A DNA stretch of 64,000 nt, from contig NZ_DATCTC010000015.1 in NCBI RefSeq assembly GCF_036568145.1, positions 4,077 through 68,076 of the forward strand, written 5' to 3'. A program made the position numbers and the translations under genes. A model generated the notes under the pieces. The model was not told where the DNA came from, did not search any database, and saw only the letters and a list, made by a program, of their open reading frames with translations. This document shows, in pieces, positions 63,512-64,000 of this stretch. Within the stretch, counting starts at the first letter, position 1, and each line of letters begins with the position of its first letter. The stretch comes from Parasphingorhabdus sp. (GTDB taxonomy: Bacteria; Pseudomonadota; Alphaproteobacteria; Sphingomonadales; Sphingomonadaceae).

Positions 63512-64000
63512 ATGGTGCAACTGGTTATCAGAGAAGGTCTGGCGGAACCGAAAACCGATGAAAATTTCGTTCCCCACAAACCTGTTCGTCCCGAAAAATC
63601 GGAAGGTGGCAAAGCATTTGAGCTGGTCAGCGATTTTGAACCGTCCGGCGATCAACCCGAAGCGATAAAGGAACTGGTTTCGGGGATACAGGCGGGCGAG
63701 CTCGATCAGGTGCTATTGGGCGTTACCGGATCGGGCAAGACCTTTACGATGGCGAAGATTATCGAGGCGACCCAGCGTCCGGCCCTGATATTGGCACCGA
63801 ACAAGATTCTTGCGGCGCAGCTCTACGGCGAGTTTAAAAGCTTTTTCCCCAATAATGCGGTCGAATATTTCGTCAGCTATTACGATTATTACCAGCCCGA
63901 AGCTTATGTCGCCCGGTCCGATACCTATATCGAGAAGGAAAGCTCGGTAAACGAAGCGATTGACCGGATGCGCCATAGTGCGACCAGAGCGCTGTTGGAG
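63512..64000 (+). CDS. uvrB: Excinuclease ABC subunit B, N-terminal part (runs off the right edge)
   Basis: Absent from the ORF track because there is no stop in the window. Manual translation from ATG 63512 gives MVQLVIREG...[22 protein letters not shown]......[63 protein letters not shown], the canonical UvrB N-terminus. Confidence 0.93.
   Translation, partial: MVQLVIREGLAEPKTDENFVPHKPVRPEKSEGGKAFELVSDFEPSGDQPEAIKELVSGIQAGELDQVLLGVTGSGKTFTMAKIIEATQRPALILAPNKILAAQLYGEFKSFFPNNAVEYFVSYYDYYQPEAYVARSDTYIEKESSVNEAIDRMRHSATRALLE

Noticed and set aside
1-64000. CRISPR arrays, rRNA operons, IS elements, prophage genes, or toxin-antitoxin and defence-system gene pairs.
   Set aside because: There are no regularly spaced short repeats. 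No transposase, integrase, recombinase or phage structural motifs appear in any ORF. There are no small adjacent ORF pairs with toxin-antitoxin-like features, and every larger ORF is accounted for by housekeeping or metabolic families.

Overview
The gene order suggests a chromosomal segment from an alphaproteobacterium, probably Sphingomonadales-like. That placement is an inference from dapD, dxs, carD, aroA-cmk-rpsA-ihfB, a TIGR02300 protein, DUF721-DsbA-DsbA-smc opposite mutY, DUF1489, ybgC-tolQRAB-pal and uvrB. I call about 60 protein genes and 2 tRNAs: Leu-UAA and Ala-GGC. I found no rRNA, CRISPR array, transposase, integrase or phage genes. Most of the window is housekeeping. There are three accessory-looking parts. 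(1) A six-gene Csu/SCPU-type chaperone-usher pilus cluster at 5.2-11.8 kb, behind a 435-bp leader with a perfect CtrA-box consensus. (2) A redox block (aldo/keto reductase, nitronate monooxygenase, MDR dehydrogenase, VOC protein) next to soxR, with a textbook SoxR box in a 19-bp-spacer promoter aimed at the VOC gene. (3) A LysR regulator, a CDC48-type double AAA+ ATPase, and an MFS-ABM pair. The most unusual signal is non-coding: three copies of a 215-300 bp GC-rich long-hairpin repeat with 38-bp terminal inverted repeats (3.6, 22.3 and 38.7 kb). All copies are strictly intergenic, two are nested, and compensatory base-pair flips preserve a local stem. Other non-coding candidates are an orphan intrinsic terminator with a CU-rich anti-SD-like motif upstream of the CDC48 gene (possible sRNA or leader) and three tandem 12-mers upstream of uvrB. 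I did not find a convincing new multi-gene system such as a defence island. All product calls rest on motifs and family resemblance recalled from memory, since no database search was possible.
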